Shown here in pieces: positions 11,958-28,201 of a DNA stretch of 64,000 nucleotides (positions within the stretch are counted from its first letter, which is position 1; every line of letters begins with the position of its first letter). The stretch covers positions 128,001 through 192,000 of the forward strand of contig CAWJTV010000001.1 in NCBI GenBank assembly GCA_963845755.1. The letters run 5' to 3'. Under the pieces are notes generated by a model. That model did no database searches, was not told the origin of the DNA, and saw only the letters and a program-made list of their open reading frames with translations. The stretch is from an uncultured Planctomycetota bacterium. GTDB taxonomy: Bacteria; Planctomycetota; Planctomycetia; Isosphaerales; Isosphaeraceae. The translations under genes and the position numbers were made by a program.

Positions 11958-12398
11958 TCAGCGATTGGATTCTCTCGGCGGCCACCAACCAACCTGTACC
12001 CATAGCGAGCGAGCCGCCACGAGCTCTGGCCGGTTCAGTTGAAGGGTGACGACGGTGGCGCGACCGCGCGGCGTCAAGCCGATGATCTCCGTACCGTCCT
12101 CACTCCAGGAAAAATGATCGGGCCATTTCTGTCGCCGCGGGTTCCACAACCGGACGCGCTTGCCCGTGGCGGGATCTCGCCCCTGGATGCGATCGCCCTT
12201 GAACTCGTTGCATGCATGGCAGGCCAGCCATAGGTTCTTTTCAACCGTCTGGCCGCCTCTGGCTTCGGGAATGATATGCTCGATGGTCAGGCGAAACCCC
12301 GCAATGCTCTCAGGCGTCCGGCAATAACCACAGCGATTGCCGGCGATCCTGGCCACGCGCTCGCGCAGTCGGCGCGGCACACGGGCCTTGCCGGCCAT
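11958..12398 (-). CDS. HNH endonuclease
   Basis: RCGYC, IEHIIPEARGG, NLWLACHACNEFKG, LWNPR, GRATVVTLQLN. Confidence 0.9.
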   Translation of the reverse strand: MAGKARVPRRLRERVARIAGNRCGYCRTPESIAGFRLTIEHIIPEARGGQTVEKNLWLACHACNEFKGDRIQGRDPATGKRVRLWNPRRQKWPDHFSWSEDGTEIIGLTPRGRATVVTLQLNRPELVAARSLWVQVGWWPPRESNR

Positions 12399-12400
12399 GG

Positions 12401-12811
12401 CTAGAGATCCCCGATGGTCGGGACGCTATGCCCGCGGTACTTCAGCAACAAGGTCGCGTAGGACCGCCGGAGCATCAGACAGTCCCCATCCGCGCGCAGC
12501 TCGCCCAATGCGTGTTTCTCCCGGTCCGTCAACTCGCCTCGCTGGTTCTTATCAAGAAGGCGTTCCAAACGCTGCTGCTTGACCGGAGCGGGACGACTTC
12601 GCGCGATTTTCCACAATTCGTCATCGCCGAGATCTTCCATGGCCTCGAGTTGGGCTCGATATTCGGCCGGCACTTTCTCCAACGACGGTGTCGCGGCCCG
12701 GACGATGTTCACCAGCGCCTTCTCTACGGATTGGTTCATCCCCTTGGCGGCGCGGCGGACCCGCTCATAGACGTCGTCGGGCAACTCCAGGGTGAGCATG
12801 GGGTGGCTCAT
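12401..12811 (-). CDS. Putative antitoxin (ribbon-helix-helix-like N-terminus) upstream of the HNH gene
   Basis: LTLELPDDVYERVRRAA; LLDKNQRGELT; LLLKYRGH; ends 2 nt before the HNH start. Confidence 0.75.
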   Translation of the reverse strand: MSHPMLTLELPDDVYERVRRAAKGMNQSVEKALVNIVRAATPSLEKVPAEYRAQLEAMEDLGDDELWKIARSRPAPVKQQRLERLLDKNQRGELTDREKHALGELRADGDCLMLRRSYATLLLKYRGHSVPTIGDL

Positions 12812-13259
12812 GATCGATTCCTTTCCACCGTTACGGGATGCTCAATGGGCCTACGAACCTTCGGTGCCGGTGGTTCCGCCTTTCGAGGTTATCGGGGTAG
12901 CCGGTCCTGATCAAGCCAGGTATGAGCTGCTCCCATTCGCTGGCCCAGTCATGATGGAATCCTCCCTCTACTCCGCGATCGCCTCCATTCGGTCAAGCGA
13001 AACGATCTCGCGGCCCATCACTCCGAGCAAAGCCACGATTCGTTTCGGTTCCGCAAGAGGGAGGAAGTTGAGGCCCACCGATTGTGGCTTGCCGGAAAAA
13101 ACCTGGCCATCGACCTAATCGGAAGCTAAGAAACCACTTATCGAAACCCCCGATTCCACGGAGGCCGTCTGGACACTCCATGGCAACACGTGTATACTAC
13201 CAATTCCTCCCCGTTTCGTTGGTAGCAGTTCCACAAAGGGAGATGAGGACCAACCAGGG

Positions 13260-19874
<6,615 letters not shown>

Positions 19875-19914
19875 TCGGCCGGCTGGTTCGTCTTGGAGAC
19901 CATCCGAGGACCGC

Positions 19915-19962
19915 GTAGGGTGGGCGAAACCCACCGAAAAGTGGCCCGATCCTGGTGGGTTT
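19915..19962. repeat. REP doublet, left part; right arm continues after the IS at 21423-21434
   Basis: GTAGGGTGGGCGAAACCCACC...GGTGGGTTT | IS | TCACCCACCTAC. Confidence 0.75.
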
Positions 19963-21422
19963 GGAACGCCGACGAAATAACATCCCCATTTCAGGGTGCC
20001 AAACTGCTGTTCGCCATGAGAACCTAGGTAAGATAGGAAGATCCAGGCTGTTCCTGGGGCGCGACCCGTCTGCCTCCCCGCGATGTCGGTTTTCGGAGGG
20101 CCCTTCTGGTCCCGGGGGGCGTGCGGTGGTATAGCGAGGATTGTTCCGTATCTGGGTCTTTAGCCGGAGGCCAATCATGTCGCCTTATTCCCCGGACGTC
20201 GAGCGGACCATGAGAGCATTCTACCATTCCTTGCGCGAGAATGATCGGCGACGGTATGCGGCGGTCGAGGCGGCCAAGTTGGGTCACGGCGGGGTCGAGT
20301 ACATCGCCAAGGTCTTGGGCGTCGATCCCAAGACCATTCGTCACGGCCAGCGCGACCTCGAGGATCTCCCCGCCGAACCCGCTCCGCAGGTCCGCCAGCC
20401 CGGCGGGGGGCGGAGACGGCGGCTCGATCAAGACCCCGAGATCACCAACAACTTCCACAAGGTCCTCCTCGATCGCACCGCCGGCAGCCCAACCGCGGAG
20501 TCCCTGATCTGGACCAACTTGACCAAGATCGAAATCGCAGGTGGCATGCGAGAGTGTGGAAGCTTTGTCAGTGTGCATATCGTCAGCCAACTGCTCGATC
20601 AGGAAGGTTTCCATGAACGCAAAGCCCTGCGCATGGAACCGCTGAGCCGCCACCCCGAGCGAGACCACCAATTCCAGACGATCGGCCGGCTCAAGGGGGA
20701 ATACCTCGACTCCCCCCACCCGGTCCTGAGCATGGACCTGAAATCCCGAGAACGGCTCGGCAACTTCTTCCGCGCCGGCACGCTCCAGACGCGACAGACG
20801 ATCCGGGTGTTCGACCACGACTTCGACGAGTTCGCCGAGGGATTCGTGTTGCCCCACGGGATCTACGACCTCAAGCAGAATCGCGGATACATCCACCTAG
20901 GCACGAGTCATGATACCAGCGAATTCGCATGCGACTGCGTCAAGGACTGGTGGGACCGATTCGGCAACGCGGTCTACCTGCAGGCGACGTCGCTGCTGCT
21001 GCTCTGCGATGGCGGCGGGAGCAACCCGGCGGACAACGACCGCTACCAGCAGCACTTGTTCCGGGCCGACTTGCAACGCCTGGCCAACGACCTGGAGTTG
21101 GAGATCCGGGTGGCGCACTATCCGCCGTACGCCTCGAAGTTCAACCCGATCGAACATCGCCTGTTCCCCCACCTGACGCGGGTCTGCAAGGGCGTCATCC
21201 TGCACAACATCGACTGGGTCGCCGAACTGATGAGGAAAGCCACGACGCGGACGGGCCTGACGGTTCAAGTCAACATCCTGGACAAGGTCTATCAACTCGG
21301 CCGAAAGGTCAGCGAAACCGCCAAGGATGCCGTGAAGCTGCTCCGGGACGCCATCCTGCCACGCTGGAACTACCGCATTTTACCCAATGTGTGAAGTCGG
21401 GAAGTTATTTCGTCGGTGTTCC
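19963..21422 (+). mobile_element. ISAzo13-family insertion sequence
   Basis: 18 bp terminal inverted repeats GGAACGCCGACGAAATAA / TTATTTCGTCGGTGTTCC (1 mismatch) flanking the transposase. Confidence 0.9.
20177..21394 (+). CDS. ISAzo13-family transposase
   Basis: RRRYAAVEAAKLGHGG, SMDLKSRE, DHDF, SHDTSEFA, CDGGGSN, HYPPYASKFNPIEHRLF, WNY. Confidence 0.92.
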   Translation: MSPYSPDVERTMRAFYHSLRENDRRRYAAVEAAKLGHGGVEYIAKVLGVDPKTIRHGQRDLEDLPAEPAPQVRQPGGGRRRRLDQDPEITNNFHKVLLDRTAGSPTAESLIWTNLTKIEIAGGMRECGSFVSVHIVSQLLDQEGFHERKALRMEPLSRHPERDHQFQTIGRLKGEYLDSPHPVLSMDLKSRERLGNFFRAGTLQTRQTIRVFDHDFDEFAEGFVLPHGIYDLKQNRGYIHLGTSHDTSEFACDCVKDWWDRFGNAVYLQATSLLLLCDGGGSNPADNDRYQQHLFRADLQRLANDLELEIRVAHYPPYASKFNPIEHRLFPHLTRVCKGVILHNIDWVAELMRKATTRTGLTVQVNILDKVYQLGRKVSETAKDAVKLLRDAILPRWNYRILPNV

Positions 21423-21481
21423 TCACCCACCTACAAAGCCCGGGATGACGACCTCGCACCGCTCCTTATCTCGAATTGGCC

Positions 21482-22466
21482 TCAGGTGGCATAGGCGTTG
21501 ACTCGGAACCGGTGCAAGTTCTCGCGGACCCAGGCGATCGTCTCGTCGAGCCCGCGTTCGAGCGAAAACTGCGGCTCCCATCCCCAGAGGTCGCGTGCCT
21601 GCGCCGTGCCGGCGAGGAGCCGCTCCACCTCGCTGGCGGCCGGCCGGATGCGCTGCGATTCGGACTCGACACGGAGGGACCGTCCAAGTCGACGGCCGAT
21701 CACCTCGACCAACTCGCCGATCGCGATGTCGTCACCGCGGCCGATGTTGACCGCACGACCCAGCGCCGCATCGCACTCCGCGATCGCGACGAAGCCTGCC
21801 ACCGTGTCTTTGACATAGGTGAGATCGCGGCGGGGGTCCAGTCTGCCGAGCTTGATCACCGGCCGCGACAACGCCTGGCTGATGATCGTCGGAATGATCG
21901 CTCGGGCCGACTGCCGCGGGCCGAACGTGTTGAAGGGCCGCAAGATCGTCACGGGCAGATCGAACGCCCGGTGATAGCTCTCCCCCAGAGCATCCGCGGC
22001 GATCTTGGTCGCGGCGTATGGGGACTGGCCCTGAAGCGGGTGCCGTTCGTCGATCGGCACGGACCGCGCCGTGCCATAGACCTCGGACGTCAACGTCAGG
22101 ACCACCCGTTCCAACGTCGAGCTGCCCCGGCATGCCTCGAGCACGCTGCGCCGTGCCCAGCACATTGGTTTGGATCACGTCGTAGGGATTGTGATAGGAG
22201 TAGGGGATCGCGATCAAGGCCCCGAGGTGGAATACCCGCTCCTGTCCCTCGACGGCCTTTCGCACGGCGCTCGGATCCTTCAGGTCGCCCCGGGCGAGTT
22301 CGAGCTCGGCTTGAATCTCCGCGGGCAGTTCCGCAAGGTGCCCCCGGTCGTCGCGACCACTGTAGCGCACGAACGAGCGAACGCGATGTCCTTCCTGCAC
22401 CAAGCGTTCCACCAGATGGCTTCCGATGAACCCGCCCGCGCCCGTCACAAGGACCTTCCTGCCCAT
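21482..22466 (-). CDS. NAD-dependent nucleotide-sugar epimerase/dehydratase (frameshift ~22150)
   Basis: VLVTGAGGFIGSHL, FHLGALIAIPYSY, TSEVYG, SPYAATK, RPFNTFGPRQ. Confidence 0.9.
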
Positions 22467-22902
22467 CGGTGCCCGACTCCTTCCCTCTTGCGACCGGCTT
22501 CATCCTCGAATGCCGGGATTCTCCCCGGCCCGGAGATCCTAAGCCTTTCTCTCGTTCGCCGCCATCTCGAATCATCGCTCCCGAATCGCACCCAACCGGA
22601 GGGCCTGAAGGTCAAGGTTGTGGGGAGGGTTGTCGTCGTCAGTGCGCCGGGCGGCGATTCATTCCCGTTATCGACCATCGAAATGATTTTTTGTGCACTA
22701 TCCGACAAGGCCTTTTCTCATCAATCAGGATCAGTCTATCCAGATCTCCTGACCATCGGTTGCTCAAAAATTATTCAGTCTTCTTATTCTACCCCAAATC
22801 GCTAAAGCCACTATTCAGTTCGACCGATATCTTTTACTGAATTCCCGTGGTCGGTGATCCCCCGAGAAGCTCAACCGGCGATTTGGTCGCTGTTGATGAA
22901 CC

Positions 22903-23868
22903 ATGAAGACAACTGAGCGCGTACATCCTGTGACGATTCCACGACGGATTCTCGGCATCGTCGCCGCGTTGGGTTTATTCATCTCAACCTGGCCGGCAAT
23001 CGAAAATGGGTTCAAAGCGGTCCGATCGTGGATGGTCGAGAGTCTAGCCGACTGGGATACGTGGACACCCGGTGAGCGAGGCCGCATGCTGGCGACCGAG
23101 TGGCCCGATCCGCGTCGATTCGAGGTCGGTGCGGCGACCGAGCCGGCGCGGCCCTCGCGCTCGGGACCAATGACGACGCGGCACGAGATGGGCTCGAACC
23201 GTCCGGTCGAGGCCGGAGATTGGGTCGCGACAGCCGGAGATGCATCCATCGAAACGAGACTTGCGGTGGAGGTTTGCCGGATTACCGGCGACTCTGGGGC
23301 CGATCTCACGATTCCCGGGCCGACGTCTCGATCGCAACGGGAAGTCGTGGTCGTGAATTCGGTCGATGACATCTTCGAAGAGAACCCGGACGGGTATCAA
23401 CCGGACCAGGAGGACCTGGCATCCGATATCATGAGCCGGCCACTGGCGACGATGGCCGGGCCGAGGTTCGCGCCGACGGAGCCACTCGATGACCCGGTTG
23501 CTCTCGGCACCGAATGGGATCAATGGGACGACGTTCTCACCACGTCTCCGGAGTCTCCGTCGGTCGTTTGCGAGTGCTTCGAGCCGATCGCCGTGGCGGA
23601 CGACCGGGAAGAAGGGATCGCCGACGAGCGGAGTCGCGGCTTCGCCGCGATCAGGGTGGATGCCCCGCAGGCCGGGTACAACCCATCCCCGCGCTTACTT
23701 TCGAGCTTCCAGGTCGAGAATCATCCACCCTCCCCGGTTCTCGATCGATCGAGGAATCCGACCCGTCACGACGAGTTGGGGCGAGCGCTCGCCTTGACCC
23801 GCGACGCGGCTCGCGCCTGGATGGATGTATTGGCAGGACAGACCTTGGTCCGGGTGTCCTCCCGGTGA
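22903..23868 (+). CDS. Hypothetical protein with N-terminal hydrophobic segment
   Basis: 321 aa ORF: ILGIVAALGLFI, acidic low-complexity body, helical end ALALTRDAARAWMDVL. Confidence 0.55.
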   Translation: MKTTERVHPVTIPRRILGIVAALGLFISTWPAIENGFKAVRSWMVESLADWDTWTPGERGRMLATEWPDPRRFEVGAATEPARPSRSGPMTTRHEMGSNRPVEAGDWVATAGDASIETRLAVEVCRITGDSGADLTIPGPTSRSQREVVVVNSVDDIFEENPDGYQPDQEDLASDIMSRPLATMAGPRFAPTEPLDDPVALGTEWDQWDDVLTTSPESPSVVCECFEPIAVADDREEGIADERSRGFAAIRVDAPQAGYNPSPRLLSSFQVENHPPSPVLDRSRNPTRHDELGRALALTRDAARAWMDVLAGQTLVRVSSR

Positions 23869-23885
23869 TCGGACCGGCGCGACGG

Positions 23886-24314
23886 CTAATTGTCCCGGAC
23901 CGAGGCGATGATCAGAGAGGGTTCGACTCCATCGTCATCATCCGGAAGTGCGTCGAGCTCGAAGACAGCCCGGCGGTAGCCCAGTGCCACAGCGACCCGG
24001 AGGACCTCGCCATAAGACGGGAAGGCCTTTCCCGAGAGTTCCTTGAACCGCTGCATCGCGGTCATGAATTCCATCTCGTCGTCCGTGTATTGCTTCTCGA
24101 AGGTGGTCGGATCGATCCGCCGGCGGCGATCGGCCCTCTGGCGGCGCTGGGGCGTTTTCTCGGTGCCGGCTTCTCGCGGAACGTCCTGACGCGGAGCCGA
24201 GGGACCGCGACGATCGCGTCCGTGCCGGCGGTCGTGGAACACCGAGTTCCGGGGATAAGCGGAAAAATCGAATTCCGGCGTCGGGGAATTCGTCTGATCA
24301 TGGTCATCAGTCAT
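23886..24314 (-). CDS. Planctomycete-type small conserved protein (RRRIDPTT...EFM family)
   Basis: DRRRRIDPTTFEKQYTDDEMEFMTAMQRFKELSGKAFPSYGEVL; start re-called to MTDDHDQ. Confidence 0.75.
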   Translation of the reverse strand: MTDDHDQTNSPTPEFDFSAYPRNSVFHDRRHGRDRRGPSAPRQDVPREAGTEKTPQRRQRADRRRRIDPTTFEKQYTDDEMEFMTAMQRFKELSGKAFPSYGEVLRVAVALGYRRAVFELDALPDDDDGVEPSLIIASVRDN

Positions 24315-24908
24315 CGGAATCGGATCCCATAACGGGCCTTCCGGAGTGGTCTGTTCACGGCCTTCAGTACCCAGATAACTACTAGGATACCGAGAGTCCG
24401 CTGTCAAAGATCGTGGATGCTCGGATGGGCCTCTGAGTCGTCGGCAGTTTCGCAGATTGGCTGATCGGGCAAGCATGTGGCATAATGGATCGCGATGGGA
24501 TGGTGGCCACGGCAAGGCTCGCGCATTGGGGATGATCACTGCTCGGAAGGGGAGGAACCCGATTCCGTCGCCGAAGGTCACGTGCCGTCTCGACGCTCGC
24601 GACACGCACCGATCGCGGGACACGGCCCGGCACGTTCCCTGCCAGTTTTTCAGAGGATGTCTCCAAGGGGTCTCGGTCGCGTAGGTGCCCTTGACCTCGC
24701 CTCGGCAATACCCGCCGATCAAAGATGAAATAGATCGGTGGGTTGCACCCACTTTATTCATGGGAGATCGGGCATTCGAGACATCCTGCCGGAGAGGGCC
24801 TTGTGGGAAACTATCCTGTTCCGTAAGTTGGGTATGAGGGAACATCGAGCGCCCATGCCGGTGCTTGTGCTGGTGCCGGTCACTTCCTTCTAGCGGAGAG
24901 CATCGACC

Positions 24909-26606
24909 ATGTCCCTAATCGCACGACTCTGGAGAGGTGCCGGGTTCCTGATACTGGGTGGCGTCCTGTTACCCGGTGCTTCAACCTTCGGTGCCGACGA
25001 TTCGACCGTCGCCAAGCAATTGATCGAATTAGGCCGTCAAGCTCTCGTGCAGGGCTCAGTTCCGACGGCCCGAACGTTCTATCAGAAAGCCCTCAAGCTC
25101 GACCCGACCAACCAGGCCGCCGCCAAGGGCCTGGAAGACATCAAGCGAACTGAGGACTCGGTCGTACGCGTCGCCTTGCAGCAGGATCCGGCCACACCGC
25201 CGGCCGCACCCGCGGCCGATCAGCCGGCAGCCGCGACGCCTGCCGATGTCCAGGCGACCCTGGAACAAACCCAGGCCTCGGAAAACCTCGCCCGCCAGCA
25301 GTTAACCAACGACGTCGAACAACGGCTCCAGCGCGCCCGCGAGTTGATGGACGCCCGTCAGCCCGAGGCCGCCTTGAACCTCCTCCGTCTCACCCTCAAC
25401 GTCGTCCGCTCCGCCGCCTCGGTGCCGGAAGGGGATCGCGGGAAGCTCGAACGCCGCATCCAGGCGCAGATGATCTCCACACAGCAGGCCGAGGAGCGCG
25501 TCGTTGCCGATCGCGCCGAACAGCTCCGCCTGGAGTCCGCCGCCGAGCAACGCACCCGCGCCGTCAACCTGTTCCAGCGCAACAAGGAGACCATCGGCTC
25601 CATGATGGTCCAGTTCGACACCCTCATGAGCGAAGGCGTCTACAACGTCCTCTTCAGCGGCGGATTGGGCGACATCAGGGCCGCGAGCATGCCGTTCTAC
25701 GAGGCCAGACTGCTGGCCCAGAAGGCCTATGCCTTGCAGCGCGGGGCTCCCTTGCCCTACAGCGATAACAACCCCGCACCCGCCGCCGGCGAAGCGGTCG
25801 CCAACGCCGTGAACTTCTACAACCAGGAAATGCAATTCAAGAAGCTCAAGTACTATCGCTTCCTGATGACGACTGAGGACATCGTCCGCGCCTCGGTCCC
25901 CTTCCCCGACAATCAATTCATCGAGTACCCCGACGCCGATTGGTGGCGGTTTATCTCCGAGAAGCGGATCAAGCGCTGGGGCCGGGCGGTGGACCTCTTC
26001 GACCGTGATGCCAAGACCCGCCAGATCCTGGAGAAGCTCGACGAGCCGATCTCGATGTCCTTCGCCAATGAGACGCCGCTGGACGACGTCCTGAAGTACA
26101 TCAAGCAGGCGACGACCACGCCGACCTTCACGGGCATCCCGATCTATGTGGATCCGCTGGGCCTGCAAGAGGCGGAGCGGTCGCTCAACTCGACCGTGCA
26201 AATCGACCTGGAGGGCGTGCCGCTGAAGACCACCCTGAAACTGATCCTCAAGCAACTCGGCCTGGCGTATACCGTCAAGGATGGGTTCCTGATGATCACG
26301 TCGGAAGACTCGGAAGACAAGCAGACCGAGATCCGCGTCTATCCCGTGGCCGACCTGGCCATCATCCCCATGGCACTGATGATGGGCGGTGGTGGCGGTG
26401 GCGGTATGGGTGGCGGCATGGGTGGTATGGGTGGCGGTGGAATGGGCGGTGGAATGGGTGGTATGGGTGGCGGTGGAATGGGCGGTGGAATGGGCGGCGG
26501 TGGAATGGGCGGTGGAATGATGGGTGGTATGATGTCGATTCTACCCGTCGATCCCCAGGTGCCCGATGACGCCGACAGTGGCTTTCTGCAAAAAAAAAGC
26601 AACTGA
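24909..26606 (+). CDS. Exported protein: TPR-like helices, STN/secretin-N-like domain, Gly-Met-rich tail
   Basis: Signal peptide; LDEPISMSFANETPLDDVLKYIK...LKQLGLAYTVKDGFLMITS; RVYPVADL; (GGM)n; RBS GGAGAG. Confidence 0.85.
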   Translation: MSLIARLWRGAGFLILGGVLLPGASTFGADDSTVAKQLIELGRQALVQGSVPTARTFYQKALKLDPTNQAAAKGLEDIKRTEDSVVRVALQQDPATPPAAPAADQPAAATPADVQATLEQTQASENLARQQLTNDVEQRLQRARELMDARQPEAALNLLRLTLNVVRSAASVPEGDRGKLERRIQAQMISTQQAEERVVADRAEQLRLESAAEQRTRAVNLFQRNKETIGSMMVQFDTLMSEGVYNVLFSGGLGDIRAASMPFYEARLLAQKAYALQRGAPLPYSDNNPAPAAGEAVANAVNFYNQEMQFKKLKYYRFLMTTEDIVRASVPFPDNQFIEYPDADWWRFISEKRIKRWGRAVDLFDRDAKTRQILEKLDEPISMSFANETPLDDVLKYIKQATTTPTFTGIPIYVDPLGLQEAERSLNSTVQIDLEGVPLKTTLKLILKQLGLAYTVKDGFLMITSEDSEDKQTEIRVYPVADLAIIPMALMMGGGGGGGMGGGMGGMGGGGMGGGMGGMGGGGMGGGMGGGGMGGGMMGGMMSILPVDPQVPDDADSGFLQKKSN

Positions 26607-26611
26607 CCGAG

Positions 26612-27994
26612 GTGCTTCAAGGTAACCCGTCCTCCAAGCCTTCGCCAAAATCGCAGGGCCAGCGCGGCGCTTCGCCGGCTGGCCCTTCGTCGTCACTGGG
26701 CCAGTCGCACGATGGTGGCCCCCTCGTCCGGCCGGGGTCCTCGGCTGCTGGCCGCGACATGGCTCCGCTGATCCGCCCGCGTGGAGAGAAGGGTCAGGAT
26801 CTGATTCCGATCGAGAGCAGCAAGGCGATCGTGGCCAAGACCGCATCAGGTGGCCACACCGACCCGCTTGCATTCTGGATGAATTATTATCGCACCAAGG
26901 ACCAGAAGAAGATCGAGCCCGAGAGGCTACGCGAGACCGTCGAGCTCTTGAACCTCAGCGGCAAGAGACGCGACGTGGAGGCGGCCTTGCGAGCCTATCT
27001 GACCCTCCAAAACAAGCATCGCGAGACCTGGATGTATGAAGCGTTAGCCATCGCGATCGAGATGAATCACGGATCGCCGGCGGACGTCAAGACTTCCCTC
27101 TACTACGCGGCCGACGTGGCGCAGCAGTCCCACAACCCCAACTTCCTGTTGAGCGTTGCCAGCATGTTGTTCATGAGGGGGTATTTCGATCGCATCGGCG
27201 CGTTGCTGGATGAGACTGCCGACAAGGTCCCTCACCGGTCGGAACCGCTGGTCATGTCGATCAACCTGGCGCAGAAGTCCAAGGACCCGCGCCGGATGGG
27301 TGCGACGATCGATCGGCTGCTCTCGCTCGGCTGGCCCGGCCAGGACGATTATTTCCGCGTCGAGTCTCGCAATCAGGCCGAGACCCTGGCCAAGACGCTC
27401 CGCGAGGACGGACGCGCTCAGGAGGCCGACGCCCTGCTGGCCAAGCTGACCGCTTCCGAGGCGCGGGATGTGTTCATCCGCCTGAGCTGGGACGGGTCGG
27501 CCGACTATGACCTGGCGGTCAACGAACCGTTGGGCGTGACGGCCAGCTTCCAGATGCCTCGGACCGTCTTCGGCGGCTCGGTGATCAAGAACGGCTACGG
27601 CTCTCATCCCGAGGAGGTGTACGTCTGCCCGAGGGGCTTCGATGGCGACTATACCGTCCGCATCAGCATGATCTGGGCCGACCCCAGCAAACCCGTGACT
27701 GGCCTGACCCTCGTGACCATCGCGCACGAAGGGACCGCCAAGGAACAGAAGGCAGTCTACAAGATCGCACCCAACAAGCTCGACAAGCCCTTCGTCCTGC
27801 ATTTGTCCGGCGGGCGCCGCGAGAAGGTCCTCCCGTTCATCAACCCCGTAGCGATCCTGGAGGAAGCCTTCCAACTGGAAGCCAAGAAACACCCCAAGGC
27901 CAAGAAGAATGCTCGAACGGCTGCCGCGGGCCCTTCCACTGGCGATGCCAAGGCACAGCCATCGGCCAAGCAAGCGGCCAAGCCCAGGTTCTAG
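26612..27994 (+). CDS. Hypothetical protein with helical region and YfaP/DUF2135-like C-terminal domain; possibly the continuation of the upstream ORF
   Basis: WMYEALAIAIE; VFIRLSWDGSADYDLAVNEP; EEVYVCPRGFDGDY; its frame stays open back through the upstream A9 run. Confidence 0.8.
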   Translation: MLQGNPSSKPSPKSQGQRGASPAGPSSSLGQSHDGGPLVRPGSSAAGRDMAPLIRPRGEKGQDLIPIESSKAIVAKTASGGHTDPLAFWMNYYRTKDQKKIEPERLRETVELLNLSGKRRDVEAALRAYLTLQNKHRETWMYEALAIAIEMNHGSPADVKTSLYYAADVAQQSHNPNFLLSVASMLFMRGYFDRIGALLDETADKVPHRSEPLVMSINLAQKSKDPRRMGATIDRLLSLGWPGQDDYFRVESRNQAETLAKTLREDGRAQEADALLAKLTASEARDVFIRLSWDGSADYDLAVNEPLGVTASFQMPRTVFGGSVIKNGYGSHPEEVYVCPRGFDGDYTVRISMIWADPSKPVTGLTLVTIAHEGTAKEQKAVYKIAPNKLDKPFVLHLSGGRREKVLPFINPVAILEEAFQLEAKKHPKAKKNARTAAAGPSTGDAKAQPSAKQAAKPRF

Positions 27995-28201
27995 CTCAGG
28001 ATTTGGTCGGAGCGCCCTGGCACCTTCGGTGAGTTCCGATTGCGAGGGCGCGTGGGCTCGGGTTATATTCATCCAAGGAGTCGTTACCCTGAAGCGCCGC
28101 GGCCGGATCAAACCGGATGCCCCAGAACGCGGCGATCCACCCGGCACACGGAAGGCGACAACCGCGAGACAGCGGATTGACCTCTGGATGGAGCATTTCC
28201 C

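Noticed and set aside
12830..13250. Short ORFs between the antitoxin gene and uvrA
   Set aside because: No motifs and atypical codon usage; could be a remnant but unsupported.
26380..26535. GGT/GGC/ATG tandem repeat
   Set aside because: Coding Gly-Met low-complexity tract, not a separate element.
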